Shown here in pieces: positions 38,310 to 52,419 of a DNA stretch of 64,000 bases; position 1 is the stretch's first letter; each line of letters opens with the position of its first letter. The notes beneath the pieces are model-generated. The model searched no databases. It had not been told where the DNA came from and saw only the letters and a list, made by a program, of their open reading frames with translations. A program made the translations under genes and the position numbers. This DNA is from Octopus sinensis (taxonomy: Eukaryota), in assembly GCF_006345805.1 (NCBI RefSeq), contig NC_043001.1, positions 73,780,001 to 73,844,000 on the forward strand, written 5' to 3'.

Positions 38310-41015
38310 GAACGCACATTTAACTCCACACACACAACCCCACGTACACACATGCACACACTATACACAAAACACATACAACATATACATACACACACAT
38401 ACACGTGCACGCACAATTCAACTGCCAGTCAAACACCTTTCTACTGACCATTCCTCTATGCACATGTGAATAGACACCCAACTACACAAAGGACCATCAC
38501 TCCTGTTATCATGCTGCTGAATTCTTCCTACAATATTAAGAGACACAAGGTTAACTCATACATACACATATAAACAGTCAACACCACACAAATGCCACAC
38601 ACATACACACACACTATTACACACACATATAGACTTGCATGCATGCATGCACATACCCACACATACCGCCTTCTCTTACACTCTCCTGTCTTAGAAAGAA
38701 CTTTTTCTTCCCATTCCTTTCTGGTCATTTCAAAATGTAAGCACATGTGAATCGTTGGCGACTTTTTTTCCTCCGCCTTCCTTTTCTATTGGGCTTTCCT
38801 CTGTTTTTGATGAAGAGCTTTGCTCGAAACGTAAAACCACATTTCTTTCCTTCCCTGAGTGTCTGCTAATACTTTACATGTACCACAACCTCACATTGTT
38901 GTTTTTTTTTTTGGTGTTTGTTCTTCGTTTTTTTTTTTTTTTTTTTTTACTACATACATATATAGAGGGGCAGGTGTGGCTGTATAGTAAAAAACTTGCT
39001 TCCCCACCACATGGTTCTGGGTTCAATCACACTGCATGGCACCTTGAGCAATTGTCTTCTACTATAAACCTTGGGCCAACCACAGCCTTGTGAGTGGATT
39101 TGGTAATTGAAAACTGAAAGAATCTCATTGTATATATATGTGTGTATCTTTATGTTTGTTCCTCCTCCACACCACTTGACAACCAGTGCTGGTGTGTTTA
39201 CATCCCTGTAACTTTGCACTTTGGCAAAAGGAACTGATAGAATAAATATTAGGCTTTAAAAATGTTAAGTTCAGGGGTCGATAGATTTGACTAAAAATTC
39301 TTTGAGACAGTTTCCCAGCATGGTCACAGTCTAATGGCTGAAGCAAGTATATATCTTGCATATATGTATGCTAAATATATTCCAAAAAGACAAGGGTTTA
39401 GAGAATAAATATTGCACTGCAATGTATAGAATCAGTTTTATAGCTGTGAGAGCATTTTAATGAACTTGAGTGTCTTGACACCGCTAGTTATGTAATGTAC
39501 ACACTTAACTATTGAGTGCACTATCACTGCTACATGTTACATACTTGGCAAAGAGTATGTAATAATGAACTTGCCTATAGTGACCCACTGGTGAAGTACT
39601 AGAGTTTAAAGGTTTTGTAGTGGGCACTAGTTCTTGATTGGGGAATACAAATCTGAATAAATGTTGTACGATGACAAACAGCCGACTGTAAATGGGTAAA
39701 GAAAACCAGTTCTCTGGAGTTAAAGCTTTGTAGATTTTCTAACGCTCTTATGAACCTACTTGATTCAACATCCTATTATGTTGTACTAAAGATATTTTGT
39801 GATTCATTCTCTTTGATAGTAAGCAATATAACTAGTGGTGTTTCAGTCAAAAACCAGGAATAGTTATGTCTAATTGATGAGCACAGTAAGTGATTGATTG
39901 TATATCAATATAGTTGTTTTGGACAAGCAGGAAAAATGCAAATCCAAAGCAACCATATCAGTAGACAGTAGATCAATTATTGCTTCTATCAATCTAATGA
40001 ATATATTGATATTTGTCAAGGGGAATTATGAAGGAGTCCCATTTAAAGTGTAAAGTATAAATCTGATGATATAAATCATGCTAAATGCTGAAATTGTTTC
40101 CTAAAAGCATAAATATGAGATGTAGAGCAGTGATGTTATAGCTTGCTGTGATGCAGACCTAGAAAAGAAAAAAAACTGATTTAGGTATATTAATGCTTGA
40201 CCTATTTGAGGTGCAAAAGCTACCATTTGTTGCTGGTGCTTCATAAATAGTTCAAAATAAGGAATCAGCAATATGTAACTTTCTTAAAGGAGTTTTTTTA
40301 ATATATATATATATATATATACGCGCGCGCGCACACACACATACACGTGTATATATGCATTTGTGTATGTATATATATATCATCATCATTATTGTTTAAC
40401 TTGTGTCTTCCATGCATGCATGAGTAGAATGGTTGACAGGAGCCGGCCAGGTAGAAGACTACCCTAGGCTACTGTGTCTGTTTTAGCAGGGTTTTTATGG
40501 TTGGACGCCCTTCTTAACATCAACCACTCTGCAAAGTGGAATTAGTGTTTTATATATGTGTGTACATATATATACTTATATATAAATGTCTATCTTTTTA
40601 TTTATTTCGGTCATTAGACTGCAGCCATGCTGGAGTGCTGCCTTGAGGAATTTTAGTTGAGCTAATCAACCCCAGTACTTTTTTTCCTTTTAAGCCTGGT
40701 TCTTATTCTATCGCACTCTTTTGTCAGACTGCTACATTATGGGGATGTAAACAAACCAACACTGATTGATAGTTAGTGGTGAGAGAAAGACACACACACA
40801 CACACACACTCAATCTCTCTCTCTCTCTCAGACACACACACGCGCACACTGGTCTTCTTTCAGTTTCTGCCTACAAAATCAATTCACAAGGCTTTGGTTG
40901 GCCCGAGGCTATAGTAGAAGATACTTGCCCAAGCTGCCATACAGTGGGATTGAACCTGGAATCATGTGGTTGGGAAGCAAGCTTTTTACCACATAGCCAC
41001 ACCTGTGCCTATATA

Positions 41016-41275
41016 TGAGGTGGTATCAAAAGGTTCCCACAATAGCATGCCAACAGATGGCAGCACATGATTGTGTGTGCAGTGAGAGCTAGCAGTGTCC
41101 TTCATGAGGCAGTATGCCAAGTGACATCACTGTGTTTACTTCACAAGTTGTGAAATTGTGTTTTTGTAACCATGTGTATGCTGTAGCTTGCGATTTTGTC
41201 ATGGACAGGAAGTTGGAACAAAGAGTCAGTGTGAAATTTTGCATTAAGCTTGGAAAGTCTGCTTCAGAGACATTT
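41016..41275 (+). mobile_element. Mariner 5'-end fragment with transposase N-terminus
   Basis: TA followed by the TIR-like TGAGGTGGTATCAAAAGGTTCC. ATG at 41201 starts MDRKLEQRVSVKFCIKLGKSASETF. Truncated by a SINE. Confidence 0.8.
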
Positions 41276-42587
41276 GTCCAAGGTGCTATTCAGTGGGACT
41301 GAACTCAATCATGTGGCTGAGAAGCAAGCTTCTTACCATACAGCCACACTTATATATATATATATCTTACCATCTTCCATTTCTTTCTATATATCAAATT
41401 TACACACAAGGCTTTAGTTGTCTCAGGGCTATTGTAGAAGACTCTTCTTGCTTAAGGTGCTGTGCAGTGTGACCAAACACAAAGCCTTGTGGTTGTAAAT
41501 CAAGCAACAACAGCCATGCCTGTGCATCTAAACTTTAGTGAAAGTTTTATATCTCAAATAATTAGATTGGAAATCTATTTATACCAAATATGTTCAATAA
41601 ATATATGTATTCTAAATTAATGATGGGATTTTATAAGTAGTTGTCAAAAAAATATTTTCCTTCACCCTCACAATTAAATATGCAAAGATTATTTTATATA
41701 TTTTCAATAAAATATCTGGCAGAATTCCATTAAGGTGGGACAGTTTCATAGAATGTTCAGGAATAGTATCAGGCATTAGTTTTTTCCTTTGTCTTTTTCC
41801 TTTGTTTCAATCCATAGTTTCTTTGTATAAATTATTAATAAGAAATTAGCACTACACTGTTATCATTGTTTAATGTCTGTTTTCCATGCTATCATAGGTT
41901 TGATGGTTTTGATAGAATCTGGAGACTTGTAGGGCTGCATCAAGCTCCAGTGTCTGCTATGGCATGGCTTTTACATCTGGTTGCCCTTCTTAATGCACCC
42001 ATTTTATAATTATCTCCACTTAAATGTGGATGTTGTGTTAGAACAAGCTATACTGCAATAGATACCACGAGAGAAACTCTCTTGGTAGCTTTTGATGCAA
42101 AATGTACTCTTGTTTGTATTGCTAATGGGGAGATAAATCCCTGCCACCTTCAGTGCTGAGACCACTATTTTATATTGTGCACTGGGTGCTTCATTTGTGC
42201 CATCAGCATTTGTGAGGTTACCAACTAAGTTGCGAGATAGAAAAAAAATGAGGGAATGGGGAGAAAAGGAAAAGTGGGGAGCATAACTAAGTTGGGGTGG
42301 TGGTGAGAGGAAAGTGGCTTTATGTATATATTTATAAAATTAGGATATTATTCCTCAAATTAATTGTCATATTTTGTCTCTCTTTCTAAAACCTTCTCCC
42401 CTTAAATTTGTGATGATGGTGATGTTCCCATGTTAGAAGCAATCGTTGTTATTATTTTCACTGAGGTCAACATTGCCTTTCATCCTTTTGGAGTCGATAA
42501 ATTAAGTACCAGTGAAACACTGGGGTCAATGTAATCGATTAGTACCCTCCCACCAAATTTTAGGCCTTTGCCCCTTTAGTAGAAAGG

Positions 42588-42628
<41 letters not shown>

Positions 42629-42629
<1 letters not shown>

Positions 42630-43375
42630 GAGCAAGAGGACAGCACACACCCTCAAAATGATGCTGGGGTACAAATATATGAAGCCCAATATACCCCTCA
42701 TGACTACCTACCTGTCTGATAATAGTTACACCAGGCACATTCATCACAATGATATGTGCACTAGATAAATGGGGCATGACTTTGCAGGTGGGACACATAA
42801 TTTTCTTCAGGTTGAGTAGCCCATCCGCTTTAAAGGTCCTTAAATAAAAGTTCTTTAAGATGATGAATGAAACACCCATGTTTCCTGGGGTGAATCATTC
42901 AAACCCTAAAGTGTCACTCTCAATACATGGCCATGATTCTCCTCAACAATATCTGATACTTCCAACATCTGATGCCAAGTTTTTGTGTTCTTTGAGATAG
43001 TTTTGTGTGCACCTCTCACAACAGGTTTCACACTCACTTCAAATACCATTCTCATTTTCTATCTGAATTTCCCATTTTCTATCTTCATAATGTTCTGATC
43101 TGTAGGTACTTCTGTGTCCATGAAGATCCATTCTTTTATTCTTTTACACACTCTTTATATTCTTTAAATGCTCGACTTAATCATCATTGCTGTATCTGAT
43201 TAATGATCTTCTTTTCATGTCTTTTTGTTTTATTTGTATACGTGTATAGCAGGGGATACAGTAAAACATCACTATAGTTAACGCTTGTTACCATGAAAGT
43301 GTTGCTTTCGTGTGCTGTTGAATTATAGATTCTTCTCCAAAATTTAATTCGATGAATCTCTGCCAATATTCAGTT
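42629..43375 (-). mobile_element. Degenerate R4/Dong-like 3' fragment
   Basis: Minus-strand translation across frameshifts gives FMDTEVPTDQNIMKIENGKF and EVSVKPVVRGAHKTISKN, an RLE-like pattern. Its 3' end abuts the (ATT)n tract ~42587-42628. Confidence 0.55.
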
Positions 43376-44014
43376 GGCTGGTTAATTTGTTTTCAATATT
43401 AGTATAAGCGTAATTTGACCATCATTTCAATACTTGTCTCTTGTATAAAACACTTAAATCCACTCTCAATTATCACCTTTTCTTCTGTTCAGTGTCAGTT
43501 CTCTGGACCTGTTGTCTAATGTTGAATCCTAGAATTTATGAATAATTCTTACTATTATCCATAAATTCAGGCTCTACAAATTTCTGTTCATGATTTAAAT
43601 TTATTGATTAGAAACTATTTATATTGTTGACTAGCAACAACAATGATTAACATATTCCCACTTAGTGTTCTACAAGAATGTATTAAGAAAGATTATGTGT
43701 ATCATTATTTAGATTTTCACTGTTCACCATCATCATCATCGTTTAATGTCCACCTTTCATGCTGGGTTGGATGGTTTGACAGAAGCCTGCACCAGACTTC
43801 TGTGTCTGTTTTGGCAGGGTTTTTATGGCTGGATGCCCTTCATCACACCAACCACCCAGCAGAGTTAACTAAGTGCTTTTTACATGGCACAAGCACAGGC
43901 AAAGCCGGTTTTGGCAAGGTTTTTACAGTTGGATGCCCTTCCAAATGCCAACCACTTTACAGTTTGGACTGGATGTTTTTTTATGTGACATATGTGTGAC
44001 AATTTATTATTGGT

Positions 44015-44150
44015 TTTGATAGCCATCAGCATACATCAGCAAATAATTTGTCTGTTGATTTTTATCAACAAGAGCCACAATTGCTGTTTGGATTCATTGG
44101 TACAAGGTAGCTTTGATCAAAGAGATACAACCAAGTTGAAACACTACGTG
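44015..44150 (+). mobile_element. Small GIY-YIG C-terminal (Penelope-like) remnant
   Basis: HQHTSANNLSVDF and VALIKEIQPS*NT resemble the EH..NH.IDW and EAL.IK...PSLN motifs. Confidence 0.4.
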
Positions 44151-44985
44151 TCTTAAAGTCCCCTTACCTCAATGAATCGAGTGTGTTGTGAATACATATT
44201 TGTCCAAAAGGTGAAGTTCTCCAGAGACAAAATACATGTTCAAATCAGCCAGAGAGAATTAAGAATGACTTGGTTTTTGCTGTTCTCCATATATGTTATG
44301 ATTTATTAAACTATTTCTTTTGGAGAGAAAAGGGAGGTTTTTATTGTGATATTCTATAACTCTGGTGTTTTAAAGATGTCTAACCTAGTAACCTAGTTTA
44401 AGTCTTGTCAGCTGTCTTTTTGGTTTGAGTTTGGTGTATTTCCTTGTTTTCTGTTTACACTGCACATTTATTGCACTATGCTGCTACATGATTCCATATT
44501 CATTGCTTACTTGTACCAAACATCCAGTGCACCAACCTGATATGTCTGTTGCACATCCATTGCATTTGTTCAACAACATTACATCATTCCTGTGTTTGCA
44601 CTCACCATCTATTCTGGTTTAGAAGTTCACTTTGCACTCATGTTTGTTTAAGCGTAGCAACTTGGCTTAATCAATTAACTTGTGAATGGAAACTGTGCAC
44701 TCTCATTGCTGCATTTGTACTGTGCACCTACTCCATCAACCCTATATATCCGTCACATCAACACCCTGGTCATAGTCTTTCTCCACTATACCAACATCAA
44801 TCAGATTCATACTTCACATCCACCACTCCAACTCATACTCCACAGCCATCACACCAACACTCATACTCTACTGCAGTTATGTGGTTCCAAATTTAATTCC
44901 ATTGCATGGCACCCTGTGTTAACCATTATCTTGTAAATGGAACCTGTGTGGAACTCCATATGTGTATTCATACTTACATATGTAT

Positions 44986-45070
<85 letters not shown>

Positions 45071-45735
45071 GTGTGTGTCTATGTATCTGTGCGTATGTAT
45101 CTATATATATATGTGTGTGTATGTGTGTGTGTGTAATATATATATATATGAGAGAGAGAGAGAGTAATATAATGTATTTGTGTATATTTCACTTATTTAC
45201 ATTGGTGAAAGATATATCTGAAAAACAAAAAAATCCCAATAAAGTGTACTTTCTAAAGAGGCGTTCTTGTGATATTTGTTCTGTCTGAGTTGCACTGTCA
45301 CACCCTTGTCTCTTTCATAGTGGTAAATTCAATGATTCAGTGATTGCTATGTTGGACACTATTATTTACAAGCTATCATATAAAATAAATAAATAACTGC
45401 ACATATGCTGCACCAACCTTCTCTTTCTATGGCACCCATTGCACCAAGTTTGTTTTATTATGTTGTGATGGTATGTCGCTTAGTGATTGGATTGTTCTTG
45501 ATCAAAAGGATATGGGTTCCAATTTTGGACCAGATAGCATCTTGTACCTTTGAGCAAGGCACTTCAGCTCATTATACTTCAGTCTACTTGACTGTAATGA
45601 ATATTATCCAAGTGCTGCTTATAGCTGTAACATTTTGGATGTTCAACTGGTTTAGAGCAGTTAAGTAGGACAAGAAATTGTCTATGCCTGCACATTACTA
45701 CATGGGCACCTAAAGCAAGTCTTTTTATCCTAATA

Positions 45736-45971
45736 TAGTGATGCTCAACCTCCTTTTACTTATGGTCCCCGTTTGATTCCTATTTTATTCTACTGAATCC
45801 TCATAGCCATTCAATGTTTAAAAAAACCCTATTGATTTTTATAATGAAACATTATTGGAAATTCTATAAAAAAATTGTTAAAATATTTTTTGTATTGTTG
45901 AAGTATAACCAACTAATTGCACATCAAACTTAACAAGAAAATGTTAAATGGACCCCAGTTGAGAACCACTG
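45736..45971. mobile_element. hAT (Charlie-like) MITE
   Basis: Ends tagtgatgctcaac and gttgagaaccactg; 8-bp TSD tcctaata / ttctaata (7/8). Confidence 0.75.
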
Positions 45972-47921
45972 TTCTAATACCTTCTTTCCTCAAACTGCTT
46001 CTCTCTAGAGCTCACTACGGTCACTTTGTTTTCCTATGGTCTGTGATATTTAGTCTTTTAAGCTTTTTGTCACTCAGCACCTTTTGAATTTGTAGGCCCT
46101 CATTTCTTACTTGTACCTTTTGCTACAGTGGCCTCAAACCTTGTTTGGGGTATAGTCGTATTTAAAAACAAAAAACACAAAATATGGCACATGTTTTTAA
46201 TCCATACTTATTTTCAAGTGATGGCTGTACTATATTCTTTTATTCTTTCACTTGTTTCAGTCTTTTGACAGCGGCCATGCTGGGGCACTGCTTTGAAGAA
46301 TTTCAGTCAAAAGAATTGACCTCAGTACTTATTTTGTTAAGCCTGGTACTTATTGGTCTCTTTTGCTGAACTGCTAAATTATGCCGATATAAACATAGCA
46401 ACCCCGGTTGTTAAGCGGGGACAAGCATACACGTACACAAAACACACATGCATTTTCTCTCTCTCTCACACATGTACACACACACACACACACAACAAAC
46501 TTCTTTCAGTTTCTGTCTAGCAAATCCACTCATAAGGCTTTGGTCAGCCTGAGGCTTTAGTAGAAGACACTTGCTCAAGGTGCCATGCAGTGGGAGTGAA
46601 TGTGGAACCATATGGTTGGGAAGCAAACTTCTTACCATGCAGCCATGCCTGCACCTATGGCTGTACTATACTTTACTTTTTGTATTTTACTTGTTTTAAT
46701 CCACTCCTTAATTTTCAAAATTAAATGTTTATTATACATCACAGCTTATGTAATGGAAGGCAAAGGTTGTGTTTATCTTTTTTTATCAGTAAGTTTGAGA
46801 AGTAAATCTTGGAAGTTTACCGTAACAGTACTGAAGTTGAATGTTTGTGTAACATCTGCCATCTTCAGTTTTAACTTGAGTCTTCTGATAGTCTAAAACA
46901 TCTCCTCTCCACCTTTCCTTGAGCTCTAAGACTCAAAAAGCTAGGGACCTGGTTTCCATGGTGTATAAATGAGTGAGATCACAGCATTTCCTCTGAACAG
47001 GATTGCAGAGTGTGGCCAGCAATTTTAAGGGGAGAGGGACGAGTCAGTTACATCAACCTCAGTACATGACTGGTACTTTATTTCATCAACCTTGAACTCA
47101 GAATTTAAAGTGTTGGAAGAAATACCACTAAGCATTTTGTCCAACACACTAATGATTGTGCTTGCTTGCTGCCTTAATATTACAATGTAGAAGGGTCTAA
47201 AGGCCTGAAAGAATGGAATATATCTTGGGTAGTAGAATGCAAGACCATAGTTTATTCATTCACTGTTATTTAATGTCCACTTTTCCATTCTTGCATGGGT
47301 CAAGCAGAATTTGTTGAGGCAGCTTTTCTACTGCTGGAGACCCTTCCTGTTGCCAACCCTCACCTATTTTCAGGCAAGGTAATATTTCACCATGAGCAGA
47401 CATATTTTTCATGGAAGACTGGAAACACACAACCTCTCTTGTATGATGGTGATGCTTATTTACAACCATCATATAATGTGCAGACGAGTACATGCACATA
47501 CATACACTCACACACACACATGCGCATGCATACACACATGTGGAGAGCTTTTTTCAATTTCTGTCTACCAAATCCACTCATAAGGCTTTGGTGTAGTATA
47601 GCTCTATTGTTTAATACAATGCAAATTAATAAGGCAGCAAGCTGGTAGAATTGTTAGCACATCAGGCAAAATGCTTAGCAACATTTTGCCTGTCTTTATG
47701 TTCTGAGTTCAAATTCAACTATGGTCAACTTCACCCTTCATCCTTTCAGGGTCAATAAGTACCAGTTGAGCACTGGGTGGATTGAATTACTCCTCCCCTG
47801 CAATTGCTGGCCTTTTGCCAAATTAGAAACCAATATTGTATAAATTAATACTATCTAGAAATCTTGGCAGTTCTATTTCTTTCTGTTAAATTCTTCTGTC
47901 TACTGATCAGTTGGGTTTGTG

Positions 47922-47995
47922 CTATTCTTTGCTGATGAGGTCCATTAAGATTGAAACATGTCCTTTGCTGTCACTGTCTTTGCTAACAAAGATAG
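47922..47995 (+). other. Minimal type I hammerhead-ribozyme-like motif, probably degenerate
   Basis: CTGATGA 47932-38, stem II ggtc/gatt, GAAA 47953-56, palindromic CATG, UC at 47961-62. Stem I pairing is displaced by 24 nt. Confidence 0.45.
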
Positions 47996-48850
47996 ATTTT
48001 TCTCTTAAATAAAAGCAATAGTTCTTGAATAAAAAGAAATTAATTCTTAATATCTTAGAATCTCTCCATGTTTTTCTTTGGGGGTCACTAACAAATGGTG
48101 TTAGGCTTTTTTTTCTTCCAACTAAAAGTTCTCTCCAATCTACACCTACTTGATTTATTGTAATGCATGCCAATGGGTTTTTTACTTAATGTTCAGTGCT
48201 TGTTTCAGTTATTTCCTTTAGTCCAATGTTGTTTAAAAATATTCTTTATGTGGCCTTGTATTTAAGATTGCTTTTTGACAAGAAATCAAATAGTATTGGT
48301 GATACTATTAAAAGTTAACATCCAAGGACATATTAAACTTTTATTCTACTTCTCTTTTGTGAAACATCAGAAGGAAAAAAAGGTAAACAAAAATTGGAAT
48401 GGTTAATAACTTTATTATGGAATATTTACAGTCTTCTAAATTCATGGTGCAAGTGTGGTTATGTGTCTAAGAAGCTTGCTTCTGAACTTTGTGAGTAGAT
48501 TTAGTGGAATGAAACTGAAAGAAGTCCATTATTTTATGTATGTGTATATTCATGCTTGATATTACATGATGGTTGTAAATGAGATGTGATCATTATGCAA
48601 GTGACGTTGTTCATTTCTAGTTTTCCCTGAAATATATCTGACCATAGAGAAATGTTACCTTGCTTGGAAACAGGTGAAGATTAGTGACAAAAAGGGTATC
48701 CAGTTATATTGGAAGATCTGCCTAAACAAATTAAAGTAGAAATGGCTTCAAATCCTTTCTGCCTTTATTTTTCAGAATGCAAATAGCTGAAATATATTTC
48801 ATACATATAAACTCCCCACCCTCAGCATCAACTCTAAAATTTGTCTTGTG

Positions 48851-49196
48851 CAGTGGTTCCCAATAATTTTTTATCTGCGGACCCCTATGATTACTATTTT
48901 ATTCTAGTGGACCCTCCCCCCGCATAGCCATTTGATGTTTACAAACTAGATTCATAGATACTTCTTTCAAAATTCTTATTTTCTTTTTCAAACATTCACT
49001 TGTGTAGTTTGAACTAAGCAAAATGTTAGAGAAAAAAACCTAGCTGTTTCTTGCAATAAATACATCTAAAGCAAAATCTTTTCATGGACCCCTAAATACT
49101 ACCTAGGCTCTCTAATTTACTATTCTGCTTGAATGGACCTCCCAAAATCTTATATGGACCCTCAGGGGTAGTATAGATCCTAGTTGAGAATCACTG
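48851..49196. mobile_element. hAT (Charlie-like) MITE, same family
   Basis: Ends cagtggttcccaa and ttgagaatcactg; 8-bp TSD gtcttgtg / gtctcatg (6/8). A partial third copy ends at 50409. Confidence 0.75.
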
Positions 49197-49526
49197 GTCT
49201 CATGCTTTAAAATGAACCAACTGCTTGATGCTTTTTCAGTGTAAAGCATATAAAGGCATTGTACTGGTTTAACACCATATATTTAATGCTAATCTTGAAA
49301 AATTATCTTTTCCCTTTTTCAGTCATTTTACTGTGGCCATGCTGGGGCACCGCCTTGAAGGGTTTTAGTCAGACAAATAGACCCCAGGACTTTTTTTTAA
49401 ACCTAGTATTTATTCTATTGATCCCTTTATGGGGATGTAAACACACCAACACCAGTTTTCAAACAGTTATGGGAGACATACACAAAGACACACACACACA
49501 ATGAACTTCTTTCAGTTTCTTATTTC

Positions 49527-49746
49527 TTTACTGCCCCCAGGGGGCTAAACATAGAGGGGACAAACAGAGACAAAGAGATTAAGTCGATTACATTGACCGC
49601 AGTGCGTAACTGGTATTTATTTAATCGACCCCGAAAGGATGAAAGGCAAAGTTGACCTCGGCAGAATTTGAACTCAGAACATAATGACAGACGAAATACT
49701 GCTAAGCATTTTGCCCGGCGTGCTAATGTTTCTGCCAGCTTGCTGA
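49527..49746 (-). mobile_element. SINE family B (tRNA-derived), young copy nested inside a SINE-A
   Basis: Reverse complement of head ...gctggcagaaacattagcacgccgggcaaaatgc..gttctgagttcaaattc. Host SINE-A sequence ttcagtttc / ttcaatttc is repeated on both sides. Other copies: - at 4825-4990, 22245-22470, 22480-22700, 23725-23985, 47005-47175, 60105-60300; + at 42455-42628 and 47632-47830. Confidence 0.85.
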
Positions 49747-51099
49747 CTTTTTTCAATTTCTGTCTACCAAATCTACTTGCAAGGCTTTGGTCAACCCAGG
49801 GTTATTAGTAGAAGACACTTGCCCAATGTGCCATGCAATGGGACTGAACATGGAACCATGTCGTTGAGAAGCAAGCTTCTTACCACACAGCCATGCCTAT
49901 GCCTACAATTAGAAAACTATTTCTTAAGGTGGTTGGCTTGTTACTCATTGGTGATCCATCTATAGTAAGTTCACTGCTTGGGCACACTAGGGACCCAATT
50001 CTACTCTATATATACTCTGGATTGCTGTAAATAAATAAGCGCTATAGGACTCAGTGCATTGGTTTGCCGGGTGACCTCATGGATCTAGGGACCCAATTAT
50101 GGTATATGTATATTGTGTTTTGTCGTTGTTGTCATTATCATCATTTTGACATGGACTATTTTTTTGAGCATCTCTCCACATGGCTCTTGGGGGTTTACAT
50201 AAGATGTAGCTGTTAGAATTTATGCACAATAAATTGGTATAATTCCACAATACACAAAATATTTTAATGTTTTTTTATGCACTTCCTAATAATATTTAAT
50301 TATAAAGATAATAATGGCACTTTTTTAAATATCAAATGCTTATTAGGGTCCAGTAGAGTAAAATAGGAATCAAGGGGTCCATAGGCAAACAAATGGTTGA
50401 GAACCACTGATTTGAACTTCAATCCTTTAGATTACTGTCAAATGTAATGCTTCTTTTTTCACATTGTTTTGAATTAATCATGTATTACATTGTAGCTTTG
50501 TGATTTCAATGATGCAATTGCATATTTTAATTATGACATTGTTGGGTGGGTATGAGAGGCCAGATTTGACCAGTTTGGTAAACTTTAATGGTAAAGGGTT
50601 AAAGCCACTTCAAATGCTCCTCAGAATGTTGTGGCTTGCTCTCACTCACTAAATACTATGAACTAAGTGTATTCATTAGCCTGGGAGCCTATAATGCTGC
50701 TAAGATGACCCTGAGTAAGTTGTATCTAAATTTAAACTACCTTTATAGATTTCTTAGTACATCAACTGAGAACAAACCCAGTGTTGACCCACCCACATAA
50801 ACGAGAGCAGACAGCATTACATTACATGTCAAAGAAAATTAAAATAAAAACACAACAAAAATGGAGAAAACAACAACAGCAAAAATAATACATGATCCCA
50901 TGACAATGCTCTACTGTGATGTAAACTATAATTACTTTAACCTAAAGAACTGTGCAAGGGCTGTTTCAACTGAGGTCATTTGTGTATGATGGGTAGGAGC
51001 TTAGAATTGTATTAAAGGAGGTTGTTGAAATTGTTTCATTTGAAATGAACAAAATTGTAAAATAGTGCAGTAACAATTAGTAAAAGTACGCATGCCCAT

Positions 51100-51160
<61 letters not shown>

Positions 51161-52419
51161 AAGCCTCTCTGGAGTGGAAGCCAGAGAAGGAGTGCATAGA
51201 AGGGGAGGTTGACCTGTCAGGATCTAGTTGAGGACTGTGGTAGATATATGGGCCTGACCTTGGAGCAAGGTTCATAACAGGATTTGTGACTGTGCTGGGT
51301 GGGGATCATCTCATGGTTGTCTGACACTCAGTTGGGAGCATGAGGGATGAAACAGTAACTAACTAGAATTTCAATTTTTGTTTTTGTTAAACTTTATTTT
51401 TTACAATATTTTATATATCTTATAGGTTTATTGTTTTTCTCTTAAATTGAAATAATTAAAAAATATAAATAGTCTTCTGAGATTTAATTTTTGAAAGTAT
51501 ATTTTAGTTTAGTTATTATATTTTATTTTATTTTACTTATGTGTGTGTGTGTGTGTGTAATATCAATTTTTTTCCTGTGCTGAATTGATTTTGATAAAAT
51601 TTTGCAGTAGGATAAACTTTATAATTGTTATTGATAATTGCATATTTTTCTTCATAAAATAAATAAATAAATAAATAAATAATATTCTGGTACTGGGTGA
51701 AAACAAAAGAGAAATTGTTCGTTTCTGTTCTAGTTGATGTTTTTTTTTCTCTTTAAAAAGAAGGCAAAAAAATGCCTATCTATTAATGCCTACTTGTTGC
51801 AATATGTTGTAATTTTGTTTATATAGCACTGCAAATTTTAGGGTCACAATTTTACTGTTTGATGACTGTTTAGTTTTGAGGAAGGAATTAGAAGGGGTAT
51901 TGAGTAAGCTTGTTGATTTCCATGTCTGCAGATTACATAATAGGGGAAACATATGGGAATATAAGCTAGTTCTAAATGGCACTTGTCTGTTTCATATGGA
52001 GGAAGTTGAAATTGGGGTGGTTGCTCATAACCAAGGAAGTGTTTACTTTTGGGTGTGTCTAAACACTAAAGGTGGTGAAAGTATGTATGGTGGTAGGTAT
52101 GTTGTGCATGATAAAGTAGAAGTGACAGGCAGAAGGGGAAAGCTTTTGTTGTTTTTTTTTTCTATGAGAAAGGGGACAAAAGGAGGTTGTCTTGGTAAGA
52201 AGACTTTCAGACACAAATAGAGGGATGTGCTGTGATCAGTGAAACTAGTGTCACTTTGCATTGTGTTTTTTTTTTCTATTCCTCTAGTGTCTTAGCAAAA
52301 ATGGTGTTAAATTTTGATGTCCCCTTTATGAACATTTTATGTTGGAATTGTTATTTTGTCTCAAGACTCTATATCATATCTCTGGATTTTCACAAATATC
52401 TTTTTTTTTTCAAATTGGT

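Noticed and set aside
47370-47380. tttcag GCAAG gtaata apparent 5-nt microexon
   Set aside because: Lies inside a multi-copy repeat tail and would shift the frame.
51876-52220. 114-aa ORF
   Set aside because: No recognisable motif or splice-compatible boundaries; G-rich skew suggests the antisense strand of a decayed LINE.
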